From NCBI GenBank assembly GCA_028871195.1, contig JAGWNT010000005.1, positions 947 through 64,946 on the forward strand: a DNA stretch of 64,000 bases, given 5' to 3'. This document shows, piece after piece, positions 59,879 to 64,000 of the stretch. A program made the translations under genes and the position numbers. Every line of letters starts with the position of its first letter. The stretch's first letter is position 1. Origin of the DNA: Rhodospirillales bacterium. Lineage in GTDB: Bacteria; Pseudomonadota; Alphaproteobacteria; Acetobacterales; Acetobacteraceae. Under the pieces are notes generated by a model. It had not been told where the DNA came from. It did no database searches and saw only the letters and a program-made list of their open reading frames with translations.

Positions 59879-59935
59879 CCCCGCCCGGCCGGGCCCGGGA
59901 CGCCGCGTGCTGAGCACGCTCCCGCTGAGGCACCC

Positions 59936-63666
<3,731 letters not shown>

Positions 63667-63700
63667 GATTTCGCTGGCCAGCCTGCCGCTTGCCGCGCAA

Positions 63701-63720
63701 CCTGCCGGAACGGCGGCAGG
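63701..63720 (+). terminator. GC-rich hairpin downstream of ligA
   Basis: CCTGCCG-gaacgg-CGGCAGG lies 35 nt after the ligA stop. An extra CCTGCCG copy at 63682-63688 could pair alternatively. There is no U-tract. Confidence 0.3.
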
Positions 63721-63732
63721 CATTCCGGGCTG

Positions 63733-64000
63733 ATGTTCCCGATTCGGGCCGAAAGGGCAGCGGTGCAACGCACGGAAAAGAGCGAAAGGACCCCTGGCCG
63801 CCTGCGGGTGCTCATCGTCGAGGACACGCCGACGGTGGCAGCGACCTTGCAGGCCGGGCTGCACGCGGCCGGGCTGGGCACCGACATCGCGCAGACCGGC
63901 GCCGAGGCACTCGCCCGCAAGGCAAGTTTCGCGCCCGACATCGTGCTGGTCGATCTCGGCCTGCCGGACATGAGCGGGCTCGATCTGGTGCGCAGCTTCG
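63733..64000 (+). CDS. Response regulator receiver domain protein (5' part; runs off the right edge)
   Basis: RLRVLIVEDTPTVAATLQAGL...PDIVLVDLGLPDMSGLDLVRSF is a CheY-like receiver domain. The start is an ATG at 63733 or a GTG at 63763, which follows AAAGGG. It is not in the ORF track because it has no in-window stop. Confidence 0.75.
   Translation, partial: MFPIRAERAAVQRTEKSERTPGRLRVLIVEDTPTVAATLQAGLHAAGLGTDIAQTGAEALARKASFAPDIVLVDLGLPDMSGLDLVRSF

Overview
High-GC (roughly 70%) alphaproteobacterial chromosome segment. Supporting this: a type-A RNase P RNA, murB placed between murC and ddl, and lpxC-bamD-recN-ligA directly after ftsZ. The exact taxon cannot be proven from this window. Coding density is very high and many gene junctions overlap by 4 nt (ATGA or GTGA). 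(1) Bases 1-25.5 kb form a transport and catabolism island. It holds two family-5 (Dpp/Opp-type) ABC importers and two paralogous three-subunit 2Fe-2S/FAD-NAD/FAD amine dehydrogenase loci (HcnABC / opine dehydrogenase / D-hydroxyproline dehydrogenase type) arranged divergently around an SDR gene. It also holds two paralogous OrdL/DadA-like FAD oxidoreductases, a 678-aa OYE-FAD/NAD flavoenzyme resembling StcD, a GNAT, a type-II HAD (haloacid-dehalogenase-like), a D-2-hydroxyacid dehydrogenase, a frameshifted class-III aminotransferase and one LysR regulator. (2) Bases 25.5-38.3 kb carry mgtA, arfB, an FkbM-family methyltransferase, asmA, a fused 5-oxoprolinase/hydantoinase, djlA, an AmpD-like amidase and rnpB. 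(3) Bases 38.3-57.7 kb carry a complete dcw cluster (mraZ rsmH ftsL ftsI murE murF mraY murD ftsW murG murC murB ddl ftsQ ftsA ftsZ). It is followed by lpxC, bamD, recN, ligA and the 5' end of a response-regulator gene. I found no rRNA or tRNA genes, CRISPR arrays, transposases, integrases, phage genes or recognisable defence, toxin-antitoxin or secretion modules. The least-explained content is the flavoenzyme-rich island on the left. Its enzyme families are recognisable, but the substrate and pathway are not, so I flag it as a candidate uncharacterised catabolic system rather than claim a new system. Other points worth a second look: a 1-nt frameshift in the aminotransferase, a 23%-GC island with an alphaproteobacterial LexA-type direct repeat between rnpB and mraZ, a coherent LysR operator layout, several strong palindromes, and Pro/Ala-rich extensions with in-frame 15-nt tandem repeats in divisome proteins. 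All functional calls rest on motif and family recognition by eye, since no database search was possible.
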